61,861 nucleotides of DNA from positions 1 through 61,861 of the forward strand of contig JAZOSN010000042.1 in the NCBI GenBank assembly GCA_045657105.1. Direction: 5' to 3'. The translations under genes and the position numbers were made by a program. This DNA is from Eubacteriales bacterium. GTDB lineage: Bacteria > Bacillota > Clostridia > Oscillospirales > CAG-272. A model generated the notes under the pieces. That model worked only from the letters and a program-made list of their open reading frames with translations. It was not told the DNA's origin and ran no database searches. The number at the start of each line of letters is the position of its first letter. Within the stretch, counting starts at the first letter, position 1. Positions 46,002-56,135 of the stretch are shown here, piece after piece.

Positions 46002-46526
46002 ATGGAATTTGACAAAAGTGCAAGCTGCTGTTTCACAGGTCACCGAAAAATGTCGGACACTGAGAAGCAGTCGGCTTCCGACGAGATAAAAAGAATAGTC
46101 CGTACGCTCGTGCGGCATAGCGTGCGCCATTTTATCGCGGGCGGTGCGCTCGGCTTCGACACGGTCGCCGCAGTCACCCTTATAAATATGCGCGATAATG
46201 AACAGTTGACAGACGAAAACGGAAACGAGGTCAGGATCTTCCTGACGCTCGCAGTCCCCTGCCCTGAGCAGAGCGCAAGGTGGTCGTTTGCAGACCGCAC
46301 GCTTTATAACAGTATTCTCCGCTCTGCCGACGAGGTGGTAACTCTGTCCGATCACTACACGCGCGAATGTATGTTTATCCGCAACAGATATATGGTTGAC
46401 AGATCTGCCTACTGCATATCTTACGTCACACATCGCGGCGGCGGATCATATTATACTATGAACTATGCAGAAAAATCGGGGCTCGGCGTTATAAACATCG
46501 CTCCTGCCGTAAGGGGAGAAAAATGA
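46002..46526 (+). CDS. SLOG family protein (DUF1273/YpsA-like)
   Basis: CCFTGHR, GGALGFD, RNRYMVD, GGSYYT. Confidence 0.85.
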   Translation: MEFDKSASCCFTGHRKMSDTEKQSASDEIKRIVRTLVRHSVRHFIAGGALGFDTVAAVTLINMRDNEQLTDENGNEVRIFLTLAVPCPEQSARWSFADRTLYNSILRSADEVVTLSDHYTRECMFIRNRYMVDRSAYCISYVTHRGGGSYYTMNYAEKSGLGVINIAPAVRGEK

Positions 46527-47248
46527 ACGAAAGAGAAATTATACTCGATTTTTACAAAAACGATGCGGACTCCGCGCGCGGCGCTCTTGCGCGGCTTGAT
46601 GCAGGAGAGCACGCGGCTTACATTATCGGCGAGTGGTATTTCTGGCGGCACACGTTCAAAGTAAACCGCGCCTGCCTTATACCGCGTCCTGACACCGAGC
46701 GTCTTGTCGAGATAGCTATCCGCGATCTGCCGAAAAACTCGGTTTTCGTTGATTTCTGTACGGGAAGCGGCTGCATCGCGCTCTCGATCCTCTACGACCG
46801 TCCGGATCTCAGGGCTATCGCGATCGATCTGTCAAGTGAGGCACTCGATGCGGCAAGGGAAAATGCAAGACTGCTCGGACTCTCGGACAGAGCTCGGTTT
46901 TTGTGCGCCGATCTACTGACTACGGATCCGCTCGGAGAGCGGCTTTTCCCTGCTATAATCTCAAATCCGCCGTACATCAGAACCTCGGTGATAAGCGATT
47001 ATCCCGAGCTTTCCTGCGAGCCGATGATCGCGCTTGACGGCGGCGAGGACGGGCTTGTGTTTTACAGGCGTTTCGTTCGGGATTTTGCGAAAAATCTTGA
47101 AATCGGCGGAAAATTCATCTTTGAAATCGGCTTTGATGAGCGTGAGGACATAACCAAAATTGCCGAAGATCACGGTTTTTCCTGCACGGTGATAAAGGAC
47201 TACGGCTCAAACGACCGCGTGGCGGTTTTAGAAAAAAACAAAGTATAA
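46523..47248 (+). CDS. prmC: Release factor glutamine methyltransferase (N-terminally short)
   Basis: AYIIG, LIPRPDTE, DFCTGSGCI, SNPPYI, ALDGGEDGL. Confidence 0.9.
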   Translation: MNEREIILDFYKNDADSARGALARLDAGEHAAYIIGEWYFWRHTFKVNRACLIPRPDTERLVEIAIRDLPKNSVFVDFCTGSGCIALSILYDRPDLRAIAIDLSSEALDAARENARLLGLSDRARFLCADLLTTDPLGERLFPAIISNPPYIRTSVISDYPELSCEPMIALDGGEDGLVFYRRFVRDFAKNLEIGGKFIFEIGFDEREDITKIAEDHGFSCTVIKDYGSNDRVAVLEKNKV

Positions 47249-47255
47249 TCTTTTA

Positions 47256-47307
47256 AGCAAAGTTTTTGAAAGGGTTTGGGAAAACTTTTTACAAAAAGTT
47301 TTCCCAA
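47256..47307 (+). repeat. AAAGTTTTTG-headed palindromic repeat, single unit
   Basis: AGCAAAGTTTTTGAAAGGGTTTGGGAAAACTTTTT-AC-AAAAAGTTTTCCCAA. Confidence 0.9.
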
Positions 47308-47316
47308 GAAAGAAAA

Positions 47317-48357
47317 ATGAAAAACGTTTGTCTGATATTCGGGGGAAAGTCCTCCGAGCACGAGGTATCGCTCAGAAGTGCGAGCGCAATACTTAGCGGA
47401 ATTGATCCGAAAAAATACTCGGTCACACTCCTCGGCATTACCAAGGAAGGAAAATGGTACGTCTTTGAGGGCGAGAGCTCGAAAATTGCCGACGGAAGTT
47501 GGATCTCGGACGAAAAAAATCTCACCGAGGCAGTCCTTTCGCCGTCCTTTGGAGAAAAGGCTCTCTGCCTCGCAGACGGCAGAAGCGTAAAGATCGACGT
47601 TATGTACCCTGCCGTTCACGGCGAAAACTGCGAGGACGGACGTCTGCAAGGACTTTTCGAGCTTGCAGGTATTCCATTCGTCGGACCGTCCTGCCTTGCA
47701 TCTGCGATCTGTATGGACAAAAGCGTAACGAAAGCGATCCTGAACGGAGTCGGAATTCCTCAGGCGAGAGCTTTCGTCGTACTCGACGCTCACAAGGAGA
47801 GCTCCTATGCAGAAGCGTTTGACTGGGCGCGTGAGATGGGATATCCCCTGTTCGTCAAGCCGACCTCGGCAGGATCCTCCGTCGGAAGCTCCAAGGTCTG
47901 CTCTGAAAGCGAGCTGGGCAAGGCACTTGACGACGCTCTCGCATACGGCGGAAAGGCTCTCATCGAGGAATATATAAAGGCGCGCGAGATCGAGGTTGCC
48001 GTCCTTGGAAACGAAACGCTTAAAATCTCGGTCTGCGGAGAGATCGATCCGGGCGCGGACTTCTACGACTACGACACCAAATACAAAAACGACACCGCGT
48101 CCTATCATATCCCTGCGAGAATTTCGGACGAAACCTCGCAAAAGATCCGTACTTACGCCGAAAAGATCTTCAAAACACTCGGTTGCAGAGGTCTTTCGAG
48201 AGTTGACTTTTTCGTAACTGCAAGCGAGGAAATATTCTTCAACGAAATAAACACCCTTCCCGGATTTACCTCGATAAGCATGTACCCAAAGCTTATGATG
48301 AACGAAGGCATGACCTTTGAGGAGCTTATCTCCTCGCTTATTGAGCTTGCAAAATAA
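47317..48357 (+). CDS. ddl: D-alanine--D-alanine ligase
   Basis: FGGKSSEHEVS, HGENCEDG, GSSVG, FYDYDTKY omega loop, NEINTLPG. Confidence 0.95.
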   Translation: MKNVCLIFGGKSSEHEVSLRSASAILSGIDPKKYSVTLLGITKEGKWYVFEGESSKIADGSWISDEKNLTEAVLSPSFGEKALCLADGRSVKIDVMYPAVHGENCEDGRLQGLFELAGIPFVGPSCLASAICMDKSVTKAILNGVGIPQARAFVVLDAHKESSYAEAFDWAREMGYPLFVKPTSAGSSVGSSKVCSESELGKALDDALAYGGKALIEEYIKAREIEVAVLGNETLKISVCGEIDPGADFYDYDTKYKNDTASYHIPARISDETSQKIRTYAEKIFKTLGCRGLSRVDFFVTASEEIFFNEINTLPGFTSISMYPKLMMNEGMTFEELISSLIELAK

Positions 48358-48360
48358 AAG

Positions 48361-49608
48361 ATGAGAAGCACAAAAACAACCGAGATAGCCTGCTACGTTG
48401 GATACGTTACGCAGGCTATCGTTTTGAACCTCACGCCGCTGTTTTTCGTTATTTTTCAAAACGACTACGGAATTTCAAGCGCAAAGCTTTCACTTATTAT
48501 ATTTCTGACCTTTTTCGTACAGATCGGCATAGACCTTTTCGTGGCGTCGCTTGGCGAAAAAGTAAATCTCCGTTTACTTGCAGTGCTTGCACACGTCACC
48601 TCCGCCTCAGGACTTATTTTTCTCTCCCTTCTTCCTATGATGATCGATCCGTTTATCGGAATAATCATCGCGGTCGTCACCTATTCGGTGGGAAGCGCAC
48701 TGCTTGAAGTTATGATAAATCCGCTTTTCGACAGACTCCCTCAAAGAGATAGCAAAGGCTTTTCCTTCGCTCACTCATTTTACTGTTGGGGACAGATGGC
48801 GGTAATTCTTCTGAGTGCTCTGGCACTTAAATTTCTCGGAAATCTCTGGCAAATAATCCCGCTCGTCTGGTCACTGATCCCGATAACAAACGCGTTCGTT
48901 CTCGCTTTTGCTCCAATACCCGAAAAAACCGCGCCCTCTGCCGAGAGTGCGACCGCAGGCGCGACCAAGAGAACCTTCGGAAAATTCGCGATGCTTCTTT
49001 TCATTATCGTTATGATATGTGCAGGCGCGTCCGAGCAGGGCGTTGCTCAGTGGGCGTCGTATTTTGCCGAAAAAGGACTCGGAACGGGCAAGCTCGTCGG
49101 CGATCTTCTCGGGCCCTGCACCTTCGCCTTCTTTATGGCGCTCAGCAGGACTCTTTTCGGAATATTCGGTAAAAGGATCAATATATCGAAGGCACTTACA
49201 GTCTGCGCGATCTCCTGCACTTTCTGTTATCTTGCAATAGCCTTCATACCCTCTCCGATGTTTTCGCTTGCCGCCTGCGCGATAAGCGGCTTCGCGGTCA
49301 GTATAATGTGGCCTGCGACGCTTGATCTTGCAAGCTCGTCCTTTTACTGCGGCACCGCCGCGTTCTCTCTGCTTTCGGTCGCAGGTGACGTCGGTTGCAC
49401 GCTCGGTCCGAGCGTAAACGGCGTAGTTTCCGATCTTTTTTTAGCATCGGACTCTGCCGCGCGCATCTCAGAGGCAGTCGGTATCCCGTCAGAGCAGGTA
49501 GCCATACGCCTCGGATTTGCGCTTGATGCGCTCTTCCCTCTCGTTATGACCTTTGCACTTATCTACATAGCAAGAAAGATACTGCCAAAGCCTCAGGAGT
49601 CGCTTTGA
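48361..49608 (+). CDS. MFS transporter
   Basis: About 12 TM; HSFYCWG, GASE..WAS. Confidence 0.85.
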   Translation: MRSTKTTEIACYVGYVTQAIVLNLTPLFFVIFQNDYGISSAKLSLIIFLTFFVQIGIDLFVASLGEKVNLRLLAVLAHVTSASGLIFLSLLPMMIDPFIGIIIAVVTYSVGSALLEVMINPLFDRLPQRDSKGFSFAHSFYCWGQMAVILLSALALKFLGNLWQIIPLVWSLIPITNAFVLAFAPIPEKTAPSAESATAGATKRTFGKFAMLLFIIVMICAGASEQGVAQWASYFAEKGLGTGKLVGDLLGPCTFAFFMALSRTLFGIFGKRINISKALTVCAISCTFCYLAIAFIPSPMFSLAACAISGFAVSIMWPATLDLASSSFYCGTAAFSLLSVAGDVGCTLGPSVNGVVSDLFLASDSAARISEAVGIPSEQVAIRLGFALDALFPLVMTFALIYIARKILPKPQESL

Positions 49609-50090
49609 TCTATCTTTGGTCGGGAGATAATATCGACCGTCATGTTCTTATAAACAAGGCGTAGCGGTGCGCCGCTTTGAGAATCGGTATAGACCGTCGC
49701 GCCGTCCGAGGTTTCAAGAACGCTCACGTCCCTGCCGCTTATCTTTTCGTGCGAAACGTGCGCAACAAGCCGGTGTGCATCGAGCACGAGAGAAAAAATC
49801 TTATTTACGTATTCGTTATTTACCTCGCTCTCCTCACCGAGCGAGGTAAATCTTTTTACCGTGCCGTCGGCAGAACGAGTGAAATACCAGTCGCAAAGCG
49901 AAGACTCGCTCGGAAAACAAAGCCTTGCCGACATATCGTCGCTCAGACTGATATTTACGTCGTAAGTGATCTCACCGATCCTGCAAGAAAGCAGATAATC
50001 GCCTGACGGCGGAGTGTATTCCTCCATACCCTGTGTGCAGGAAGAAAACAAAACCAAAAGCAAAGCTAAAAATACCGTAATTTTTCTCAT
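49593..50090 (-). CDS. Hypothetical lipoprotein
   Basis: Signal peptide with FSSC lipobox. Confidence 0.65.
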   Translation of the reverse strand: MRKITVFLALLLVLFSSCTQGMEEYTPPSGDYLLSCRIGEITYDVNISLSDDMSARLCFPSESSLCDWYFTRSADGTVKRFTSLGEESEVNNEYVNKIFSLVLDAHRLVAHVSHEKISGRDVSVLETSDGATVYTDSQSGAPLRLVYKNMTVDIISRPKIDQSDS

Positions 50091-50205
50091 AACGCCACTT
50101 TCCACTTGATATGTAAAATGTTATATGCTATAATTATATTGTAAATTGGCTTCGCTTATGCCTTGCCGCATCTTAAAGATACAGGCAAAAGAAAGGATAC
50201 TAACT

Positions 50206-50916
50206 ATGAAAAATCTTATTAAAAAAAGCATCGCCGAGTTCTTCGGTAGCGCGTTTCTCGTCCTTTTCGGTTGCGGAACTGCGGTATTTGTCGGTTGCAA
50301 TTCCTCGCTCGGCGTCGGATACCTCCTGACCGCTCTCGCTTTCGGACTCACTCTCTCGGCGCTCATCTGCATAATCGGAGATCTCTCCGGTTGTCACGTA
50401 AACCCTGCCGTTTCGCTCGCCATGCTTATAAACAGAAAAATGAAGCTTTCGGAATTTTTCTCGTACATTGCCGCCCAGTTTCTCGGCGGAATTCTCGGCG
50501 GAGCGATACTTTTTCTGATAGTCAAAACGGGGAACGTGGTCGATCTGTCGGGAGATTATCTCGACGGCATCTCAGCGCTCGGCTCAAACTCGATCTCAAA
50601 CGTCGGAGATAACGTCTGGCTTGCCGTTTTGGTCGAGGCACTTCTCACCTTCGTTTTCGTACTTTCAGTTCTTAAAATCACCGAAAAGCCGTCAAACGGA
50701 CTTCTGTGCGCTTCGGCGGTCGGTCTTTCACTTACTCTCGTTCATATCGTCGGAATAGCGCTCACCGGAACGTCTGTAAACCCTGCGCGCAGTCTTGGTG
50801 TTGCGATCTTCGCAGGTGGCGATTTCCTTTTAAACGTCTGGGCGTTTATCGTCGGACCTTTTATCGGAGCTCTGCTCGCGGCGTTTGTTTATCCCTTGCT
50901 TTCGGACAAAAAATAA
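50206..50916 (+). CDS. MIP family channel (aquaporin Z-like)
   Basis: AEF, SGCHVNPAVS, GTSVNPARS. Confidence 0.93.
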   Translation: MKNLIKKSIAEFFGSAFLVLFGCGTAVFVGCNSSLGVGYLLTALAFGLTLSALICIIGDLSGCHVNPAVSLAMLINRKMKLSEFFSYIAAQFLGGILGGAILFLIVKTGNVVDLSGDYLDGISALGSNSISNVGDNVWLAVLVEALLTFVFVLSVLKITEKPSNGLLCASAVGLSLTLVHIVGIALTGTSVNPARSLGVAIFAGGDFLLNVWAFIVGPFIGALLAAFVYPLLSDKK

Positions 50917-50926
50917 AACAAAAAAA

Positions 50927-50966
50927 CAAAAGCTCCAAGAGGTTTAAGACCTCTTGGAGCTTTTTC
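50927..50966. terminator. Bidirectional terminator
   Basis: AAAAGCTCCAAGAGGT..ACCTCTTGGAGCTTTT. Confidence 0.85.
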
Positions 50967-50975
50967 TTGATCAGA

Positions 50976-52421
50976 TTATTCTTCGTAATTAACAGCGTTA
51001 TCGAAGAGCTCTTCAACCTCTTCGCTCGGCTTTTTAGTGCAAAGCGTAACCGCAACCGCCGCAACCGCACCTGCAACAAATCCGGGAAGTATCTCGTAAA
51101 TTCCGAGATCCGAGAGGAACGCGAGCCAAGTAACGTCAACGACCGCTCCGACAAGTATTCCCGCGAGCGCGCCTTGGAAGTTAAAGCGCTTCCAGAAAAG
51201 CGAGAGGAGAATAGCAGGTCCGAACGCCGCACCGAATACGCCCCAAGCGTTCGAAACGAGAGCCATTATCGAGCCCGCATTCGGGTTTGCGGCGATAACC
51301 ACCGAAACGATCGCGATTGCCATAACTACCGCACGGCTTGCCCAGTTCATTTCCTTGTCGCTTACCTTGTTCTTTCGGATTATCGGCTTATAAACGTCAC
51401 TTGCAAATGCAGAGGACGCCGCAAGGAGCTGACTGTCCGCCGTACTCATTGAAGCGGCAAGAACCGCCGAAAGAAGAATTCCCGAAATCAGAGGGGGGAA
51501 TATTTTTCTTACCATATTTATAAAGACGAGCTCGCCTTCAACAACCGACTGGTCAAAGCCAAGGAACATTCTTCCGACGATACCGATAATAGCCGCAAAG
51601 GTAACTATAATCGCCGTCCATGCAATTCCGATCTTTGCCGATTTTTTGAGCGATTTCTGCGACTCGATCGACATAAATCTTATAATGATGTGAGGCATAC
51701 CGAAATATCCAAGACCCCAGGCAAGTCCGGAAACTATGGTCTTCCAGTCAGAAAATGCATTCCAGTATCCTGCGGTTTCGATCGGTTGAGCGGAGCCGCC
51801 GCCAAGCGCGAACGCCGCAAATATAGGGGCAATGAGCATCGCGCCGAGAATGAGCATTCCCTGGAAGAAGTCGGTCCAACAAACCGCCGAAAATCCGCCG
51901 AGGAAAGTGTAACCGATTATAACGATCGCCGCTATGTACATGGCAACGGTAGGATCAACTCCGAGAACCGTATTGAAAAGAGTACCGCAGGCCTTGATGC
52001 TCGACGCCGAATAAATCGTGTAAGCAACGAGGAAAACTACCGCGCAGATTATTTGAAGAGCCTTAGATTTCGAGAGAAAACGGTTGGTCAGATACTGCGG
52101 AATAGTTATCGAATCGTTTGCAACTATCGAAAATTTGCGGAGTCTGGGAGCCTCTACGAGCCAGCTTATCGTGTAACCGATAGCAAGTCCGAGAGATACC
52201 CACACCTCACCGACGCCTGCCGCGTAGATCGCGGTCGGAAGTCCCATAAGCACCCACGCGCTCATATCGGACGCGCCTGCCGAAAGTGCTGCTACCCACG
52301 CGCCCATTTTTCTTCCTCCGAGGAAGAATGTCTTTTCGTTGCCGTTTTTGTTTTTCCAGAAGAAGAACACTCCTATTCCAAGCATAAACAAAAGATATAC
52401 GACAAAAACTGCTATTTCCAT
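50976..52421 (-). CDS. putP: Sodium:solute symporter, PutP-like
   Basis: ALSAGASDMSAW, GGFSAVCWTD, WGLGYFGMPHI, AASMSTADSQLL. Confidence 0.88.
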   Translation of the reverse strand: MEIAVFVVYLLFMLGIGVFFFWKNKNGNEKTFFLGGRKMGAWVAALSAGASDMSAWVLMGLPTAIYAAGVGEVWVSLGLAIGYTISWLVEAPRLRKFSIVANDSITIPQYLTNRFLSKSKALQIICAVVFLVAYTIYSASSIKACGTLFNTVLGVDPTVAMYIAAIVIIGYTFLGGFSAVCWTDFFQGMLILGAMLIAPIFAAFALGGGSAQPIETAGYWNAFSDWKTIVSGLAWGLGYFGMPHIIIRFMSIESQKSLKKSAKIGIAWTAIIVTFAAIIGIVGRMFLGFDQSVVEGELVFINMVRKIFPPLISGILLSAVLAASMSTADSQLLAASSAFASDVYKPIIRKNKVSDKEMNWASRAVVMAIAIVSVVIAANPNAGSIMALVSNAWGVFGAAFGPAILLSLFWKRFNFQGALAGILVGAVVDVTWLAFLSDLGIYEILPGFVAGAVAAVAVTLCTKKPSEEVEELFDNAVNYEE

Positions 52422-52458
52422 ACTTTTTTTCCTTTCACTTGCCATCGGGCAAAAGCTT

Positions 52459-53130
52459 TTATTTAGTCATCTTTTCCTGTTTTACCTTTTTATCTATAAC
52501 GTGACGGGAAGCGAGCTCGTCGCGGATCTCGTCAAGCGATATTCCCATCTCGATCATAAGCACCATAACGTGATACGTAAGGTCTGCGATCTCGTATACG
52601 GTTTCCTTTTTATCGTCTGCCTTGCCTGCGATTATGACCTCGGTGCACTCCTCGCCGACCTTTTTAAGAATTTTGTCAATTCCCTTTTCGAAAAGGTAGG
52701 TCGTATACGAGCCCTCTTTTTTCTCGATCTTACGTCCGATAAGCATCTTCATAAGTCCTTCGAGCGAAAATTTGCTTTCGAGCTCTTCGAGATTTTCCTC
52801 GTTTTCATATATCCTGTCGTTGAAGCAAGAGTCCTTACCCGTGTGGCAGGCAGGCCCGTCTTTGAGCACCTGAACCTCGAGCGCGTCACCGTCGCAGTCG
52901 GCGGTAATACTTACGATATGCTGATAATTTCCGCTCGTTTCGCCTTTGAGCCAGAGCTCCTGACGCGAACGGCTATAAAAGCAGGTCAGTCCCTTTTCCA
53001 TAGAGATTTTAAGACTTTCTCTCGACATATACGCGAGAGTGAGGAGTTTTTTCGTTTCAGCGTCGATAACGACAGCAGGGATAAGTCCCTTTTCATCAAA
53101 TTTGAGCTTTTCTATATCAAAATCAAACAT
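52459..53130 (-). CDS. hisIE: Bifunctional phosphoribosyl-AMP cyclohydrolase / phosphoribosyl-ATP pyrophosphatase
   Basis: [40 protein letters not shown]. Confidence 0.96.
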   Translation of the reverse strand: MFDFDIEKLKFDEKGLIPAVVIDAETKKLLTLAYMSRESLKISMEKGLTCFYSRSRQELWLKGETSGNYQHIVSITADCDGDALEVQVLKDGPACHTGKDSCFNDRIYENEENLEELESKFSLEGLMKMLIGRKIEKKEGSYTTYLFEKGIDKILKKVGEECTEVIIAGKADDKKETVYEIADLTYHVMVLMIEMGISLDEIRDELASRHVIDKKVKQEKMTK

Positions 53131-53157
53131 TTTCTTTCACCTTTCGTAGTTTTAAAG

Positions 53158-53916
53158 TTAAATCCTCATACTTATTCCGCTTTCGGCAAGCTCTTTTTTG
53201 AGCTCCGGAATCTTTATCTGTCCGAAATGGAACACCGATGCGGCAAGTCCTGCATCGACCTTCGGAAGTGTTTTGAACAGAGTTTTGAAATCCTCTACCG
53301 ATCCCGCTCCGCCCGATGCGATGACCGGAACGCTGACCGCCTCGCAGACCGCTTCAAGCATTTCAAGGTCAAATCCGCCCTTGACTCCGTCGGTATCTAT
53401 CGAGTTTACGACTATCTCTCCCGCGCCGAGCTCAACTCCGCGCTTTATCCATGAAATTGCCTCTATTCCGGTGTTCTCGCGTCCGCCCTTGGCAAAAACG
53501 CGGAATGTTCCGTCAACTCGCTTTACATCGACCGAAAGCACGACACACTGGCTTCCGTATTTTTCTGCCCCTTCCTTTATGAGAAGAGGGTTTCTTATTG
53601 CGCCCGAGTTTACGCTTACCTTGTCCGCTCCGCATTTGAGCACGCGGTCAAAATCGTTTATCGTGTTTATTCCTCCGCCGACTGTGAGCGGTATGAATAC
53701 CTTTCTCGCCGTTTCGCAGAGTATATCGGTAAATAGCGCTCTGCCCTCGGCAGATGCCGTTATATCGTAGAAAACGAGCTCGTCCGCTCCGTTTTCGCTA
53801 TAAAACTGTGCAAGCTCGACGGGTGATGACACGTCGGACAGTCCGAGGAAATTTACTCCCTTTACTACCCTTCCGTCCCTCACGTCAAGACACGGTATTA
53901 TTCTCTTTGTTATCAT
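53158..53916 (-). CDS. hisF: Imidazole glycerol phosphate synthase cyclase subunit
   Basis: RIIPCLDV, GADELVFYDITAS, NSIDTDG, IASGGAG. Confidence 0.97.
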   Translation of the reverse strand: MITKRIIPCLDVRDGRVVKGVNFLGLSDVSSPVELAQFYSENGADELVFYDITASAEGRALFTDILCETARKVFIPLTVGGGINTINDFDRVLKCGADKVSVNSGAIRNPLLIKEGAEKYGSQCVVLSVDVKRVDGTFRVFAKGGRENTGIEAISWIKRGVELGAGEIVVNSIDTDGVKGGFDLEMLEAVCEAVSVPVIASGGAGSVEDFKTLFKTLPKVDAGLAASVFHFGQIKIPELKKELAESGISMRI

Positions 53917-53929
53917 TTTTTATCCTTTC

Positions 53930-54062
53930 TCAGAACCCTTTTTGAAAAAAGGGTTCCGAACCTCCCAAAAACTTTACTTAACTGTTTTTATCTGTTTAAA
54001 TTAAAGTTTTTGAAGATTTCAAGGGCAAGCCCTTGGCTGGTCCTTAGGGCAGAGCCCTAAGC
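53930..54062. repeat. AAAGTTTTTG-headed repeat, inverted pair; the plus-strand unit ends in CTTAGGGCAGAGCCCTAAG
   Basis: 53930-53975 minus; 54003-54062 plus; last 24 bp identical to 57364-57387. Confidence 0.88.
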
Positions 54063-54773
54063 GCGCCCCTTGGCGATAGCCTCGGAGAGCTTAATCGCGC
54101 CCGTATAATACGCCTTGCCGATTATTGCACCGTAAACGTCCATTTCACGGAGTGCTATAATGTCATCGAGAGAAGAAACTCCGCCCGAGGCGATAATATT
54201 CATATCGTATTTTTCGGAAAGCTCCTTGTAGAGCGCAAGGTTTGTGCCGCGCATCGCGCCGTCGCGCGAGATGTCTGTGCATATTACGGTTTTCACGCCG
54301 ATCTTCTGCATTTTATCAAAGAAATCGCTACTTTTTACTCCGCTTTTTTCGATCCAGCCCTTAACGGCGATCTCGCCGTCCTTGATATCCGCGCCGACTG
54401 CGATCTTGTCGCCGTATTTATCGACCGCACGCTCAACAAATCCTTCGCTTGACACCGCCGCAGTGCCGAGAATAACGCGTTCGACACCGATCGAGAGATA
54501 TTTTTCAACAGTTTCCATATCGCGGATACCTCCGCCGATCTCTACGAACATATCGGTAGTGCTCACGATGCTTTTCACCGTTTCAAAGTTGGGCGTATTG
54601 CCGTCGCGCGCGCCCTCAAGGTCGACCATATGAAGATGATCCGCACCCTCGGAAATGAATTTTTTCGCGGTATTTATCGGGTTTTCGTCATATACGGTGA
54701 GCTGAGCGTAGTCGCCTTTATAAAGTCTTACCGCCTTGCCCTCGTACAGATCTATTGCAGGGAAAATTATCAT
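54057..54773 (-). CDS. hisA: ProFAR isomerase
   Basis: IFPAIDL, HMVDLEGA, GGGIR, TDISRDG, IASGGV. Confidence 0.97.
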   Translation of the reverse strand: MIIFPAIDLYEGKAVRLYKGDYAQLTVYDENPINTAKKFISEGADHLHMVDLEGARDGNTPNFETVKSIVSTTDMFVEIGGGIRDMETVEKYLSIGVERVILGTAAVSSEGFVERAVDKYGDKIAVGADIKDGEIAVKGWIEKSGVKSSDFFDKMQKIGVKTVICTDISRDGAMRGTNLALYKELSEKYDMNIIASGGVSSLDDIIALREMDVYGAIIGKAYYTGAIKLSEAIAKGRA

Positions 54774-54798
54774 TTTTTGTTCCTAAACTATCCTTAAA

Positions 54799-55416
54799 CT
54801 ATATTTCGGCGAACGCTTTTATGATCGAAAGTCCGACGCTTCCGCTCTTTTCGGGGTGGAACTGACAACCGTAAACGTTGCCCGACGCGACCGCCGCCGT
54901 AAGAGGCGCACCGTAAGAGGTCGTCGCGATGACCGCCTCGTCGCAGTCGCTTGCATAAAACGAGTGAACGAAATAAACGAAATCTCCCTCGTTTATATAT
55001 TTGAATATCTCGTTTTTCGCCTTACTTTCGGGAAAATTCAGACTATTCCAACCGATATGGGGGATTTTCAGGTCGTTCCCTATAACGTCGGCTATCGGTC
55101 TGACGCTTCCTTTTATAAGCCCCAGACCTTTATATCTGCCGAACTCATAGCTCTCGTCGAAAAGAAGCTGCATACCGAGGCAGATGCCCATTATCGGCTT
55201 GCCCTCTGCCGCAAGAGCTCTGAGAAGTCTGTCAAAGCCCTTCTCTGCGAGCTTTTCGGACGCATCTCTGAACGCTCCGACGCCCGGCAGAATTATCTTA
55301 TCCGCAGCTCTTATCACGCTTTCGTCGTCGGTAACGACCGTTTCTACACCGAGGGCGGAAAGCGACGAGGAGAGCGAAAAAAGATTCCCGACTCCGTAGT
55401 CAATTATTGCTATCAT
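54799..55416 (-). CDS. hisH: Imidazole glycerol phosphate synthase glutaminase subunit
   Basis: IDYGVGN, LPGVG, GICLGMQ, PHIGWN, YFVHS, QFHPEKS. Confidence 0.97.
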   Translation of the reverse strand: MIAIIDYGVGNLFSLSSSLSALGVETVVTDDESVIRAADKIILPGVGAFRDASEKLAEKGFDRLLRALAAEGKPIMGICLGMQLLFDESYEFGRYKGLGLIKGSVRPIADVIGNDLKIPHIGWNSLNFPESKAKNEIFKYINEGDFVYFVHSFYASDCDEAVIATTSYGAPLTAAVASGNVYGCQFHPEKSGSVGLSIIKAFAEI

Positions 55417-56003
55417 CAGAGAACTCCCTTGGTCGAGGGTATCTCGCCTGCTCTTGCAGAGTCGATCGAAACTGCCGCGCGAAGTGCCGCCGCAAACGCC
55501 TTGAACATTCCCTCGATTATGTGGTGTGTATTCTCGCCCGCGAGCTGTCTTATATGCAGAGTCATCTCGGCATTTCTGACGAGCGCAAGGAAGAATTCCT
55601 TGACGAGCTCGGTATCGAAATCGCCTACCTTTTCGGTGAGTCCTTCGGTGGTATATGCAAGAGTCGATCTGCCCGAAAGATCAATAGACACGAGCAGAAG
55701 TGCCTCGTCCATCGGGATTATCGCGTTTCCGTAACGTGCGATCCCCATTTTGTCGCCGAGTGCGGCTTTTATCGCGGTACCAAGGCAAATTCCAACGTCC
55801 TCGACCGTGTGGTGGTAATCGACCTCGATATCGCCCGTACATTTTACGTAAAGCGAGCATCTCGAATGCTTTGCAAAAAGCGTGAGCATATGATCGAGAA
55901 ATCCACAGGACGTGTCTATCTCGCTTTCGCCCTTTCCGTCGAGATCAATTCTCAGTTCAATATCTGTTTCCTTCGTTTTTCTAAGTATCTCACTTGTTCT
56001 CAT
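55416..56003 (-). CDS. hisB: Imidazoleglycerol-phosphate dehydratase
   Basis: RKTKETDI, FLDHML, HHTVED, PMDE, N.HHIIE, PSTKG. Confidence 0.97.
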   Translation of the reverse strand: MRTSEILRKTKETDIELRIDLDGKGESEIDTSCGFLDHMLTLFAKHSRCSLYVKCTGDIEVDYHHTVEDVGICLGTAIKAALGDKMGIARYGNAIIPMDEALLLVSIDLSGRSTLAYTTEGLTEKVGDFDTELVKEFFLALVRNAEMTLHIRQLAGENTHHIIEGMFKAFAAALRAAVSIDSARAGEIPSTKGVL

Positions 56004-56013
56004 TTTTTCTTTT

Positions 56014-56103
56014 CGGAACCTTTAAGAAAGGTTCCATACCTCCAAACGTTTTTTGGGAGAAAACTTTTTAAAAAAAGTTTTGTCGCGCTCTTTCAAAAAC
56101 TTT
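56014..56103 (-). repeat. AAAGTTTTTG-headed palindromic repeat, two tandem units
   Basis: Minus strand AAAAGTTTTTGAAAGAGC..hairpin..TTGGAGGTATGGAACCTT..AAGGTTCC. Confidence 0.88.
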
Positions 56104-56135
56104 TATTAAAAATATAGACTTTTTTGTAAAGCTTT

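Noticed and set aside
47266-47316. N-terminal extensions of ddl, hisC (57192-57239) and comM (19533-19571) in the ORF track
   Set aside because: They are translations of the palindromic repeat; family homology starts at the downstream ATG
47317-48357. Vancomycin-resistance ligase
   Set aside because: YDYDTKY omega loop and housekeeping context fit an ordinary D-Ala-D-Ala ligase; no van genes nearby
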